Assembly: GCA_052327205.1 (NCBI GenBank) | Contig: CM126204.1 | Coordinates: forward strand, 124,062,001-124,126,000 | Direction of reading: 5' to 3' | From: Somniosus microcephalus | Taxonomy: Eukaryota | Length of the DNA stretch: 64,000 bases | Shown here: piece by piece, positions 25,021-37,468 of the stretch | How the letters are laid out: the number at the start of each line of letters is the position of its first letter | How positions within the stretch are numbered: position 1 is the stretch's first letter | The notes under the pieces: generated by a model | What the model was told of the DNA's origin: nothing | The model's input: the letters and a program-made list of their open reading frames with translations, nothing else | Database searches by the model: none | Position numbers and translations under genes: made by a program

Positions 25021-25702
25021 CCTCTGTCATGCTGCTGAACAAAGTTTAAAAAGCTTGTCAAATGATACTCCTTTCAGCTTTCCTCTTTTTATTTCAAAAC
25101 TGCAAACTCACAATCCTGTATACTCTTCCCTACATTCCTACTGTGTTGAAAGCAAGATTCATTGCCTAGCCGCCAATTTAACTCCTTTTTCCCAGGACCT
25201 CAAAACTGTGGAATTGCATTTCTCCCCAATCTTTCATTCATCCTACAGTCTTCAGATTTTAAAACCCAGTCTTGGCATTGCCTAATCCCTGCTACCTAAT
25301 TTACTTTGTTTTATCTTTATTCCTAGTTTCAACCTGGGAGCCCATTGTATGAGGTTGACTTCTAACAACCTTTACAACAACTATCTCTCCTGCCGAAAGA
25401 CAAGAAAAATCAAAAGACCAGTGTACCTAGTGTCAAATCTCATTTTGCCCTCTTTCCAAATAATTGAATAAAATTTATAGCAATACAAATGATGTAACAT
25501 TGTATGATATGCAACACACTATTTTTAAATTCGCCATAATTAGAACACTATCAGTGAAGGTTTGTATATCAGTCATTTGGAGTAGATTAAAGGTTTGAGA
25601 AAAGACAATGGTCAGTCCCAGTAATCAATGAATCTTAAAGGTGCTTTTAGTCAGTAATGATTTGTTAATTACTGTATTGATGAACTTTTTTGACTTGCCT
25701 AG

Positions 25703-25776
25703 GGAAAAAGAACACGATCTTGAGAGACGCTTTGAGCTGCTAAATAGAGAATTACGGGCTATGCTTGCAATAGAAG
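25703..25776 (+). CDS. EHBP1: EHBP1 coding exon: EKEHDLERRFELLNRELRAMLAIE
   Basis: CCTAG acceptor, G|GTAAGT donor, 74 bp, phases compatible on both sides. Confidence 0.96.
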
Positions 25777-26097
25777 GTAAGTGATGAGTGGTTATTTCTC
25801 ATTTTTTCAAAATTATTTACATTTTCCCTTTCAAAGCTTCAATCACTTTAATATTTTGGCAAAGTTAACTGCTCATAAATTCTCCTGGGCTAAGTGTCCA
25901 AGAAAATGTTGATCATTGCAAACACAGTATCTGACTTTAAAAGAAACTCTGCGTCCTATATTTAGAAATTAAAACTAGTACAAATGTATGTAAAAAATCG
26001 TAATATCAAGTTCTTTGAATAACTGAAATTCTAGATGTTCATATTGGCAGTATCTGTTGCAGTAACTCTTATCCTCAAATTACTCTAGACTTGCAGT

Positions 26098-26162
26098 TAA
26101 GCACCTTGGGACGTTTTGCTACGTTAAAGGCGTTATGTAAATACAAGTTGTTTTGTTGTTGC
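26098..26162 (+). mobile_element. Isolated L2 3' tail
   Basis: GCACCTTGGGACGTTTTGCTACGTTAAAGGCGTTATGTAAATACAAGTTGTT, same tail as at 18020-18072 and 56831-56872. Confidence 0.7.
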
Positions 26163-28392
26163 CATAACTTGAGGGTGAAAAATGCATTTGAAAATCTTGG
26201 AAATTCTTTTCTTTTTCAAGCAAATGCCATCTGGTATTGACTGTGACTTTGTCTGCAAAATAAAACAATTGCAATCAATGCAAATTGATTTTACTGCTAT
26301 GTATTGACCTTGTTAGCCTTTGACTGGGTACAATTATGTCTTTCTTCACCTGATAAGATACCTGAGCCATTATAAATCAATTCTAATTTATTTCATAGAT
26401 TCTGCCACTGGCATATATTTAGACTGGAATTAAACTGCAATTGGTTCATTTCTGTGTTTCATTGTTCATTTTGCCAGCTAATGTGCTGTTACCAAGAGTT
26501 AGTTCATCTAGAACAGTATCTTTTTGTAAACCCAAAAGGAAGGATTTTTTTATCGTGTTCTCGAGGAAAAAAACATAAATCACCGAAGATACATTTTTTC
26601 CATACAATATGATCAAAAACTGGTGCAAATTAGTGCATTTCACCCCCCCCCCCACAAAATAAATCACACATATAATCTATTGGTTACTGTCCAACTTGTT
26701 GAAGTACAATTAGCCAGTTATTACAGCTGTTAAATCTGTTCAAGAAAGTGTGTTGTAGAAATAGTATAGAAATACAAAATGATAGAGAAGTGAGCATGGG
26801 TGTGAATTGTTACTTTTGCTTTGTGAAGTGCATCTTTTCCCCTGTGATGTAATTTGTAAGGGAACAAAAATATACAAGTAAAGCTTCACTATAGCTGCAA
26901 ATCTGCATTTGTTCTGAATTTACAGCAGATGCAGCTCAAAGCACCCAGAATAAACAATTAGTAGTTATTCACTGTAATCATAGATAAGAGTTAAAAACTC
27001 CCACATCACTTCTTGTATTTCTGGACTGAAATTCAGAGATTAGCATCAGGGTACTATAAACAGCATGATCCAAATCTCTGTCTGGATTTAACCGAGAAAC
27101 ACTGATGGTGCATGCATTGGGCACATCATTTATTACCTCCTGAGGGATAACAATTCAAATCATCCTGCCTCAAGCTGTATAAACAAAATGCCAATGATAT
27201 TCTATAGCATGTGTTTAGGAAATTATTAATCTGAATAACTGATCTTGCTAAACTTTTTAGTTTATCCAAAGGCATTTTTTTAATGATTTATTTAATAAAT
27301 GGAAGCAAAATAAATTATTTTTAGTCCTGAACATTAAAAAAATCTGTAGTGTTCTGCTGCTTTGAGAGCCACATTAATATATCATCTTGGTTAATGCTTA
27401 CACAGGAAGAGATAAATAATGTTCATAGCAAATATGTAATTATCTGTCTTCCCGATTTCAGTCCCAGGGGTTTTCCAGTTCTGCAGATAGTGCTGTAACC
27501 ACTGATGACATGACAGTGAAAAAGAGTTGTGCAGTCAGTGGTCCCATTCATATCAGTGTTTTCCAGACAGGTATGCTGATTTTTTTGGTCTGTTGATGAC
27601 AGAGTAGAGTAGACAGTTCAGTAGACTGTGCAGGACTCAATGATAGCATGTGAAGGCAGTTTATCAAACTCTTCTTGACCTATTGATGTCAGTAGCATGT
27701 GAGCACTTTCTTGTGCAGTTGCTGACCATTGTGTTGGTTATGTGTGGACAGTTTCTCCTTGACCACTTCACGAAGCAGTTACGTGGATGCTCAGTAATCT
27801 CTGAAAGGTCAGTATTCTCCATGTGCTGTAGCAATTGAGATACTGTGTTGGAAACTTGGACAGCCCATGCTGAAATATACATTGCCATTCAGCTTGTGGG
27901 TTGTGACGAGGTCAATAGGCCTATCAAACAAAGAAAGCTGTAGATAGAATAAGGTTAAATGTGATACCCAATCACTTTCATAGCATTAGATCCAATTGCT
28001 AGTGGCATTACAGCATGGATGCATTTGATTTGGAGAATGGTATCATCCTTCTGTGAAGCCTTTAGGTTGAAATTTCCATTTGTATCACATTAGTTCTGAA
28101 GAAAAGTGCTACATACGGTCGACATCCAAGCTCGTACTTTTCTGTAACAACAAAAAACATTTAACTGGGGTTAACTAAACTTCACTAAATATATGAAAGA
28201 TTGAGGCAGTTTGCTAAGAGATTTGGTCATTTTATTTATACGACATTTTCTTTATTTCTCATTTTACAATCTGGCTCAGTACTTGAATTTGTCTGGAAAA
28301 TGTACTTAGGCTCACCAGAGTTTGGAAAGGTAGACTGATTTTTATTTCCCCATATGTTGTATATAGCACTTAATACAAATAGTCTTTTACAC

Positions 28393-28566
28393 AGAAACAT
28401 AGAAGATAGGAGCAGGAGTAGGCCCCTCGAGCCTGCTCCGCCATTCAATTCGATCATGGCTGATCTTCCAAATTCAGTATCCGGTCCCTGCTTTCTCCCC
28501 ATACCCCTTGATCCCTTTAGCCTTAAGATAGAAACATAGAAGATAGGTAGAAACATAGAAGATAGG
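28393..28566 (-). mobile_element. CR1 3' tail fragment with repeated terminal unit
   Basis: AGAAACATAGAAGATAGG occurs three times; body matches 13670-13810. Confidence 0.8.
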
Positions 28567-30409
28567 GCACTTTTATAAGACACTTCAGATCTCTGTACTG
28601 TTCCACATACATACACTCAGTTAATTACAATTATCTTTCAACAATAAATTCTTTGTTGCTTTCTTCCCCTCTTAATTTTAGAGGAAATGTAAGCCATGAT
28701 GTGGCAGTGAATGCATATGAAGTAACTGTGTTTCTAATTAAACTGCTTAATGTAAAAATAAGGTAAGGTGTGTAATAAAGCCGTGAATTTGTATAAAGAT
28801 CCCAGTATGTGAGCTTGTAGACATTTTAATTGTAGATGAGGTTTTGCTGACAGCATTCATTTAATTGGACAGAAATAAAAATTAAATGCTGCATTTGTTC
28901 TGATTTAAAACATTCTACTGATCACATTTTAACACAAAAAATGAGCATGGTATTTAGAGGATATTTTAAAAACTGCCACAACTGAAAAGGTAATATTATC
29001 TACCTAAATTATATCGCAGCAGTGTCAAATGCATGTTTTCACAGTTTTGGACATCAAATAAATACCTGTCATTGGTCTTGAGTATCTGCTCATGTTTTGT
29101 TTATACATGGCCTAAGGATAGTCTCTAAAACATTCTGTTTTTTATTGTTAACCCACGAAATGGATCTTACTCTGGATTTTGCACTGCTTTATTCACTCTC
29201 AGTTTGTAGTTTGAAGTGTAGGCTCTTCTAAAAGGATTTATGCATAGGTTCACTATTTTTGTAGTTACGGTTTATATGATAAGCTTTTTTATATTTAAAA
29301 TCAATATGTAATCCTGTGAAGGAGCTTATCCCCCTAAAACCCCATTTGTAAATCTATTTTAGCTTTGTTGCACGGTGCAGCCACAGTATTCCAGAGATTG
29401 ATTAGGTCCAGCAGTAGAATCCTATCAAATGGACGCTCTGATGATGCTGCACACTCTTTCTGGAACGCTAGTTGACTGGGACTGAAGATAAGACCAGATT
29501 GCAATTCCCAGTGCATCATTCACAACAAAATGTTAATTTTCAGAAATTTACTGCCTAATTCATTGAAACAACAATTTTATAAGTACAGCATCCATATGTT
29601 TGTACTTTTTCTTAGTATAAAGTAGTATATAGCCAACAACTAGCTTTTTATTCTATAATATATTAACCTATATTTGATTTTTAATCAAAATGTCTTTAGT
29701 TATAATTTATCAATTAAAGAGCAGCCTTAAAATGATTATTTGAATAAGTACATTGTGTGAATTAATTTCCCGTTACTTTATCGGAGTGAAATTTAAGAAT
29801 TCTATATCTAGTTTGTATCGGCTTATTCATGTTAAGCATTTTTATTTTTTCTGTTTAAATTGGAGTTAAAAGTTTTAAATCCCTAGATTGTATGCTGCTT
29901 GGGTTGTCATTTTTGATGATTTTTTACTGGTAGCAGCCCTTTTTCCTCTTTATTTGTTGGTGTGCATTCAACTATGAATTCATAAAGTAGAACAATGAAA
30001 TATATGAATTAGACCAGCTTCTCCTGTCCCAATTATTTAAGCAGCAAAAAATGAAGTTAATGCATTTTGTTGCATTGAAATGTTTAAAATGTTGTTGTAA
30101 TAGATGTTATAGTGGGGTAAAGAAGTTGCATTTTCTCTCATAAACATACAAACGTTTTCAGATTGAAATGTTCTTCATAAAGTACAATTACTGTCTGCGG
30201 GAGTGTTGGTGGGGACGAGGAGGTGGGCAGAGGAAGTGTTTGGTTACGATGCTCTGGCCATCATGGTGTGGGGCAGGCTTGATGGACCAGCTGGTTTTTT
30301 CCTGCCTGTCCGCTTCATGTGCTCATACTTCTCTCGCAACAAAACTGGAATTTTATCCTGAGCATTCCGTTCCAATTACGCTCAGCTTTTTTTGGTGTTC
30401 TGACCCTCA

Positions 30410-30600
30410 CATTTTCTCCGCTCCTGTACTGAAGGCACTGACTTGCACAGGGGTATGTTTCCATGACTGCCAACCACCCTCTGGTACCTTGTCCACGTCC
30501 CCCATCTGTGACAGTGAATGCTGGTTGGATATCCTATCATCGGGGATCAACACAACCAAGCCTGAAGCTGTCCCCAATATCCACATATCCAGTTTCTAGC
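30410..30600 (-). mobile_element. 3' half of AmnSINE2-like SINE (degraded)
   Basis: Reverse complement shares blocks with the 3' half of 59452-59845 and with 37205-37340. Confidence 0.45.
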
Positions 30601-31399
30601 ACGTAAATTCATTCAATTCTCTATAGTTGTAACAGATTTTCAAAGAAAATACCATTGTAAAAGTAGTAAGTCTATGATGTGAATTTCTTGTAAATTATAC
30701 TGTGGCCTCAATCTGTTCACATTTTTGAAAATTAGAAATTATTATTCTGGTATTATTTGAGGTCCGTCAGGGAATATTGCTAAGTTTTTTTGTACATACA
30801 CTTCACAAGAGTGAACCCTCAGTGTTTCAACTTTCATTTGACTATTAAGATGGTCAAAAATTATGCCTGACCTCAAATATGCGTTGTATCTTTTTGACAA
30901 AATGTGAAGCTGAAAACAACATGTCCTTGAACTTAATCAAACAGTGGAAATTTCCATAATGAAAAGTTGTGACTCAATAATATAGATTCCTTTAGTGTAT
31001 GGGTAGATTCATAGAGGTTGCATGGAACTGGGAAACCAATGGATCAAGCTGTTTAAACAAAAACTCTGCAGTGTCACGCTTGTTAGTATAGTTGTACAAA
31101 GAAATTGGAGCATAGTAACCACAGGCCTTTGATTATGGGCAACATAGTGTAGCACAGATGTAGCAAGTGGAGAGGCTTCAACCATTCTCAGTGGGTGATA
31201 ATTGCTGTGGTCAGTCGCCTGTTAATTTGTTGTTCCCTGCCCTCCCCCATTATGAAGGTTTTTTTCCTTCATGTACTTTGATAAAGTATCTTTAAAATGT
31301 GAATAGGTTTAATACTGTTCTTTTTCTGTTCTCTTCAGCCAAAATAATTCAATTTGTAATGATTTATATAAACAGATTTGGCCCAGAGGACCCCTCTCC

Positions 31400-32020
31400 C
31401 CCCCCCCCCCCCTTCCAGTTTAGTAAAGAAAAGATATTGGAGAAATTAATGGAACTAAAAGCCAATAAATACCCTGGACCTGATGACCTACGTCCTAGGG
31501 TTTTAAAAGAGGTGGCTACAGAGATAGTGCATGCATTCCCTAGATTCTAGAACAATCCCAGTGGATTGGAAGGTAGAAAATGTAATCCCGCTGTTCAAGA
31601 AAGGAGGGAGAGAGAAAACAGGGAATGACAGGACAGTTAGCCTGACACCAATAGTAGGGAAAATGCTAGAATCTATTATTAAGGATGTGGTAACAGGGCA
31701 CTTGGAAAATCACAATATGGTTAGGCAGAGTCAATATGGTTTTATGAAAGGGAAATCGTGTTTGACAAATTTATTAGAGTTTTTTGAGGGTGTAACTAGC
31801 AGGGTGGATAAGGGGGAACCAGTAGATGTAGCATATTTAGATTTTTCAAAAGGCATTCGATAAAGTGTCACACAGCGGTTGTTACACAAGATTAGGGCTC
31901 ATGGGATTGAGGGTACTATATTAATTCAGATTGAGGATTGGTTAACGGACAGAAAACGGAGACTAGGAATAAACTGGTCATTTTCGGGTTGGCAGATAGT
32001 AAGTAGTGGGATGCTGCAAG
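31400..32020 (+). mobile_element. CR1 ORF2 (RT) fragment
   Basis: KYPGPDDLRPRVLKE, DWKVENVIPLFKKG, QYGFMKGKSCLTNLLEFF, YLDFSK. Confidence 0.9.
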
Positions 32021-32029
32021 GCTTGCGTA

Positions 32030-32390
32030 GAATTTTACAGCACAGAAACAGGCCATTCAGCCCAACTGGTCCATGCTGGTGTTTATGCTCCACACGAGCC
32101 TCCTCCCACTCTACAACATATCCTTCTATTCCTTTCTCCCTCATGTACTTATCTAGCTTCCCCCTTAAGTGCTATGCACCTCAACTACTCCTTGTGGTAG
32201 CGCCTTCCACATTCTAACCACTCTCTGGGTAAAGAAGTTTCTCCTGAATTTCCTATTGGATTTATTAGTGACTATTTTGTATTTATGGGCCCTAGTTTTG
32301 GTCTCCCTCACAAGTGGAAACATCTTCTCTACGTCTACCCTATCAAACCCTTTCATAATTTTAAAGACCTCTATCAGGTCACTTCTCAGT
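32030..32390 (-). mobile_element. CR1 3' fragment, opposite orientation
   Basis: Minus-strand ORF KGFDRVDVEKMFPL..TRAHKYK..RRNFFTQRVVRMW (CR1 ORF2 C-terminus) plus tail. Confidence 0.88.
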
Positions 32391-34785
32391 CTTTTAAATT
32401 ATTTATAAAACTTATATGTTATGTTCTCTCCTTCCAACTAATTTCTATCAAAGTAGGAAATGTGTAAAATATTAGTCATTTGACATTATGTGATGCCATA
32501 TCTTGCCCAAGTGAGTTATGGTGACTTATTGGATAAATGAAATACACCAGTAACACAATCACTTGAGTCACATTTTGTTTAGGTAGTAGATGACTTAATT
32601 TGAAATTCATAAATATCAGATCTGTCGCACTTTTTTGGTTGGTTCTTGGATATTGGAGCCAATGAAGAAACACTTTAGCAATGTGTTCACTCTCTCTGAA
32701 TATATAGGGGAGATTTTCCTCTCTGAGCATCTGTAGGACATTCATCTGGTGCATTGCACTTGAGGGGCATTGTGCCTAAGAGAAGGCAGATGCCCCTTTT
32801 TTTTGCATGGGCGGGAGGAACTCATGCTACAGGCTATCCCGTTGGCTGGGCCCTGCACCCTCAAAATGTTGGAGGCCTGGAAAACAGCAACCAGAATGCC
32901 CCAAGTGCCCCTAATTCCCCAGGGGGGGAGGGGGGGATTGTCTTCAGTATGGTCCCGCAACCCTCACAGAGCACCCAGTCTGGGGCAGGCACCTGCACCA
33001 GTTTTCAGCAGGCACTCCTGTTAGGTGCTGAATGAGCAGACTGAGAATAAGAGATCAGGATCTGCCTCATTTAAATGCAAAAGCTGGCCCTGCCACATTC
33101 TAAGTCCAGTTACATTTTCTGGGAAAAGCCCTGGAAATCCTCATGCCTCTCAAAATTTTCTCCAATCCCAGAATCTGATCTCTCCTTGTTTCTATGTATA
33201 ATATATACTGAACTTACATAGTTTGCTGCAACTTGCTGTAGGTAATGACGGGAAGATCCACTACTCACGCAATAAGTTGAAGTGATTCTCTACAGTAGTT
33301 AATCCATCATTGTGATTGTTGTGCTAACTCATTGGAGCATTATGGCCTTTGTTGTCTGTCTTTACATCCATTACTGTGGCCAAATATATGTATATACATG
33401 CCATATATAACGCACACACTCGCGCGCATGCACACATCACACACACATGCACACCAAATATATAATTAGTTTTTTCAATTCAAGAGTAATGAGTGATTTC
33501 AAGGAAGTAATCTCACTTACACACAAATTTAACACACAGACTACCCCATGCAGTGTTTTCGTGACATTCCAAGAATGGTCTGCTGTTAAAGGTAACAAAG
33601 ATCCTCTGGCTTATTATCCCTGGGAGCCACAGGTAAGTGGAGAGTGAAACTGATGGATAACTCTTCTGAGGTGTCCCTCATCCCTATAAGAAGGTTCCTG
33701 ACCTCTGCTCACCCCTTCTCCACAACATTGCTACCACAATCAGGATTAGCACTTTGTGTTGATATGCCAATGAGTCAAGCTACTACATTAACCTGCAGGG
33801 TATTCAGTATCATTGAAAAATGTACTGTCATATTACATTTAGGATAGTATGCTTTATTAAAACTGAATTTCATATAAGGAAGTTCGAGAAATGGATAGAT
33901 TGCAAGATTACCCCATTTCACAGACACAGTATTGAACAAAAGTAACCTGACGATGATTAATTACTTTAAATCATATTGGAAATATGACAGAATAAACTTG
34001 TGAGCAACAAAATGTAGTTAAAATCTGAGGTAGAAAGCAAAAAATGGCAAAGATTCATTACTTGTACTTTGGTTCTTTGAACCTTTAGTACGTAAAGGGT
34101 AAACTTGTTGCAATCATGCAAAACCTCTCTGCACCAATGCAAATGTATTTTCAAGCCTGGCATTAGTTTAAAGGCTGTGCTTCAAATACTGTAAACAGAA
34201 TAGCATCTGAATTTTGTTTGAACTCAGCCACGACATGCAGAATTTTTTTCCAAAAATTATGTTTTATAGACAATTCATTTTGTTGTTTTCCTTCCCAGTT
34301 TCTCCATCTTCCTCGCTGCATTGTGCTAATGTCCTATTTTTCTTGCAATGCTGACTCCAGCAAGGCCACCAAAACAGAGTGGAACCTCAACTTCTGTGAT
34401 ATTTCTAATTTAGGTACATTTAATACTGACAAGTTGCAGAATGTACTTTTTTTTTAAGCCGCAAGTATTTTAACACTTGTGCTAGGACTAGTGCTAGTTT
34501 TGGTACCATAGAAGTAAACATTTACTCTGAATGGTTAAACGGTGCTGAAATTATTTCAGTTACTTTGTTGAATATAATGAGCATTATTTTGTTTACCAAA
34601 TGGATTTCTAATATCATAAATATATCTGATGATTGTAAGCTCACTTGTTGTATTTTGACATGATATGACCCCAGTGCAATTGGGGGCAGACATACTTTCA
34701 ATATATACGACTCACTCCCATAAATAAAACTTGTTTCAAAAAATTCTTAATTTTCCTATATTTGAGGAAAATAACATACAGTGCA

Positions 34786-35037
34786 GCCTGCTGGAGACTC
34801 ACAGTACTGGGCCTTCAAGCTAGAAGAGAGTCACTTCACTGACGTGTGTGGAGAGTCTGAGTCCAACTGGCCGTGAATTTTTTAATGTCGGTTGAACATT
34901 GGAGTTTGCATTCAAAACTGGGAAGGATGTCAATCCGTGATCAACACAGTGTGAGTCACCTGCTGACACACCGCATACGTCAGTTTGAGCAGCTGTCTTC
35001 TGGCTGGGAGACATGACGTAACAAGTCTCCAGTAGGC
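34786..35037. repeat. Degenerate ~250-bp palindromic (MITE-like) element
   Basis: Three colinear inverted blocks: GCCTGCTGGAGACT/AGTCTCCAGTAGGC, AGCTAGAAGAGAG/CTGTCTTCTGGCT, ACTGACGTGTGTGG/CCGCATACGTCAGT. Confidence 0.65.
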
Positions 35038-35627
35038 ATCTTGTGACTGTTAAAATTTGGAATTTCTCCCCAAATATACAAGGAATAAAGCAATATTAAT
35101 TAACAAGCTTTGTAGGCAGAGAACTAACTTGATTTACAAGTACTTCCAATCTGCAACAGTATTCTTCCCTTTCAAATCAACTGTCTAATTAAATAATTTT
35201 TTCTTGTATGTCAATAATTTCATGTTTTCTTTAAATATATTTCCTTTCCTCTCTTTAAAATAGTAATTAATGTTGGGGCACAGTTCCACAAACTGTGTCT
35301 GCCTTCCAGTAATTCACTCACGTGGTTTTAACGTGTGATCCTAGACAGTGAGGACTATCAATCGGGTGAGATACCAGTGGAAAATGGAACAAAATTGGAT
35401 GGTAAATCCTTGCCCTGCCTCCACTGAGTTGGCTGCTGGCCACCTTGTCCATTCCCAGTGCACGTAAATACTGGTGGGAAGGTGGTATCTGGCAAGCTGC
35501 CATATTTCCCTACTTACTTCCACTATCTCCACCACCGCCAGGAGAAAGTTGGCGGTGGGCCCTGGGGCATCAACGGTAAGCCCCTGTAGTCAATGCATAG
35601 AGGCAGAGGGGCTGGTAGTGGCCATGA

Positions 35628-36078
35628 CAGCCGTGGCTCAGTGGTAGCACTCAGTCAGAAGGTTGTGGGTTCAATTCCCACTTCAGAGACTTGAGCACAT
35701 AATCCAGGCTGACACTCCAATGCAGTACTGAGCGAGTGCTGCACTGTCAAAGGTGCTATCTTTCAGGTGAGACGTTAAACCAAAGCCCTGTCTGCTGTCT
35801 CAGGTGGACGTAAAAGATCCCATGGCATTATTTCGAAGAAGAGCAGGGGAGTTCTACCCAGTGTCCTGGCCAATATTTATTCCTCAACCGACATTACTAA
35901 AACAAATTATCTGGTCATTATCACATTGCTGTTTGTGGGAGCTTGCTGTGCGCAAATTGGCTGCATTACAACAGTGACTACACTTCAAAAAAAAAGTACT
36001 TCATTGGCTGTAAAGCACTTTGGGACAACCGGTGGTCATGAAAGGCACTATAGAAATGCAAGGTTTTTTTTCTCTTTT
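35628..36078 (+). mobile_element. DeuSINE of SacSINE1 type (tRNA head, Deu domain, L2-like tail)
   Basis: Head GTGGCTCAGTGGTAG..GGGTTCAATTCCC; Deu-domain CTTTCAGGTGAGACGTTAAACC..AAAAGATCCCATGGCATTATTTCGAAGAAGAGCAGGGG..GTGTCCTGGCCAATATT..ATTGCTGTTTGTGGGAGCTTGCTGTGCGCAAATTGGCTGC; tail GTAAAGCACTTTGGGA..CTATAGAAATGCAAG. Confidence 0.88.
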
Positions 36079-36877
36079 CCATGCGACCCCCGCAACATTA
36101 ACCATTTCAGGCCTCAGTCTCAGTGAGGGCTGTCGTCATTGGGCCTCCTCAGGTGCTGCAGCAGCTGTGTCACTGCTACACCAGCAAAAATTCTATTCTG
36201 TGGCAATGGCACATTCCCTCGGAGTGGCAGTTACCCTGCTGGGAGGCCACCTTGCACGCCAGATGAGCCTCAACCAAGGAAAATGGGTCAGGGTTACAGC
36301 CAGATCACAGCACCAAGAAGTAGGGAATCCATCCCCGAGTGTCAGCAGGCAATTCCACCATGGGGAGCATTACAACCAAACTTGACATTCACACACCTGT
36401 TCTTTCCAGCAGCTTAGCTCAGTGTTGTATGTTGCAGTTATCCACAGAACTATCAGGGAGGACTGATAGTTGCAACTTTCTACCTTTGTATTCATTCATT
36501 CATTGAAGCCTATATTACCATATATATTAAACCACATGCTTGGCCCAAGAGGTCATAATTTGCAAATTATTTATTTCTTGGACCTGACTTTTTATTCTTG
36601 AACTAACCTCTTACAGTTACAGCCTAAGTGCTTTCATTGCTTTTTAGTCCAGCACTCAGCCCTCCCTACATCCTTCCTCGATGCAGCCACTCTACCTATA
36701 TCTTATTGTTTTACCTCCTGATCTCTCCATCTCCAGTTTTTATTGTTTCTGTTTCCAGATCAACTCAATCCCTCCACTTTCCAACCATGTTTTCTCAATC
36801 AGCAACATCAGACTAAGGCTTGAGGTCAAATAATTGTTATTTGACCACTTCACTTGACTGGTCCTTGTTACACTGTG

Positions 36878-36952
36878 CTCGCAGTCACCCTCTCTACCCC
36901 TCGCAGTCACCCTCTCTATCCCTCGCAGTCACCCTCTCTATCCCTCGCAGTC
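36878..36952. repeat. Tandem repeat, 22-bp unit x ~3.4
   Basis: CTCGCAGTCACCCTCTCTAYCC repeated. Confidence 0.95.
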
Positions 36953-37204
36953 CAAGTAGTTTCAGCTTGGTAAGGTTTTAGAAAAATTGCTTTTTAATAG
37001 AAAACTTGAAGCCATACAGCCTGTGACACCTGAACCAACTGGATCTTGTGTGATCTTCTGCAGTAATCCCACCATAGGCCTTGCTATGCCAGTCGAAGGA
37101 CTGTTTCGACAAGTTTTGTTTTACACTACTAGCAACAGGCACCAGATGCAGTACAACAGTAGCAGGAGCATCAGGGGGTTCCTTTTCTTCAGGGAGCTTT
37201 ATTT

Positions 37205-37468
37205 TTCCACTTTCCTCCCATCTTATGACTGACTCTTGTTTGGATATAGTTCCACAGGTACCTCACCCAAGTGGCCTGGATGGTGAGTGTCAGCAAGGTA
37301 TTCAACCTTGAATCGAATACAATCAAACCAACCTTGTTCTCACCCAATATCCCTCCCTCCCTCCCTCCCTATACAGTTAACTCGGCATAGAGTTGGAATA
37401 TAGCCTGGAACTTTCTACACTATATGGCTTACTGAAACCCTGAGCAATGCCTTTATCCAATGCACCGG
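37205..37468 (-). mobile_element. AmnSINE2-like SINE (degraded, internally deleted)
   Basis: CAGTTAACTCGGCATAG is the reverse complement of the TGCTGAGTTAGCTG block at ~59528; ACCTCACCCAAGTGGCC matches the 3' block. Confidence 0.5.
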
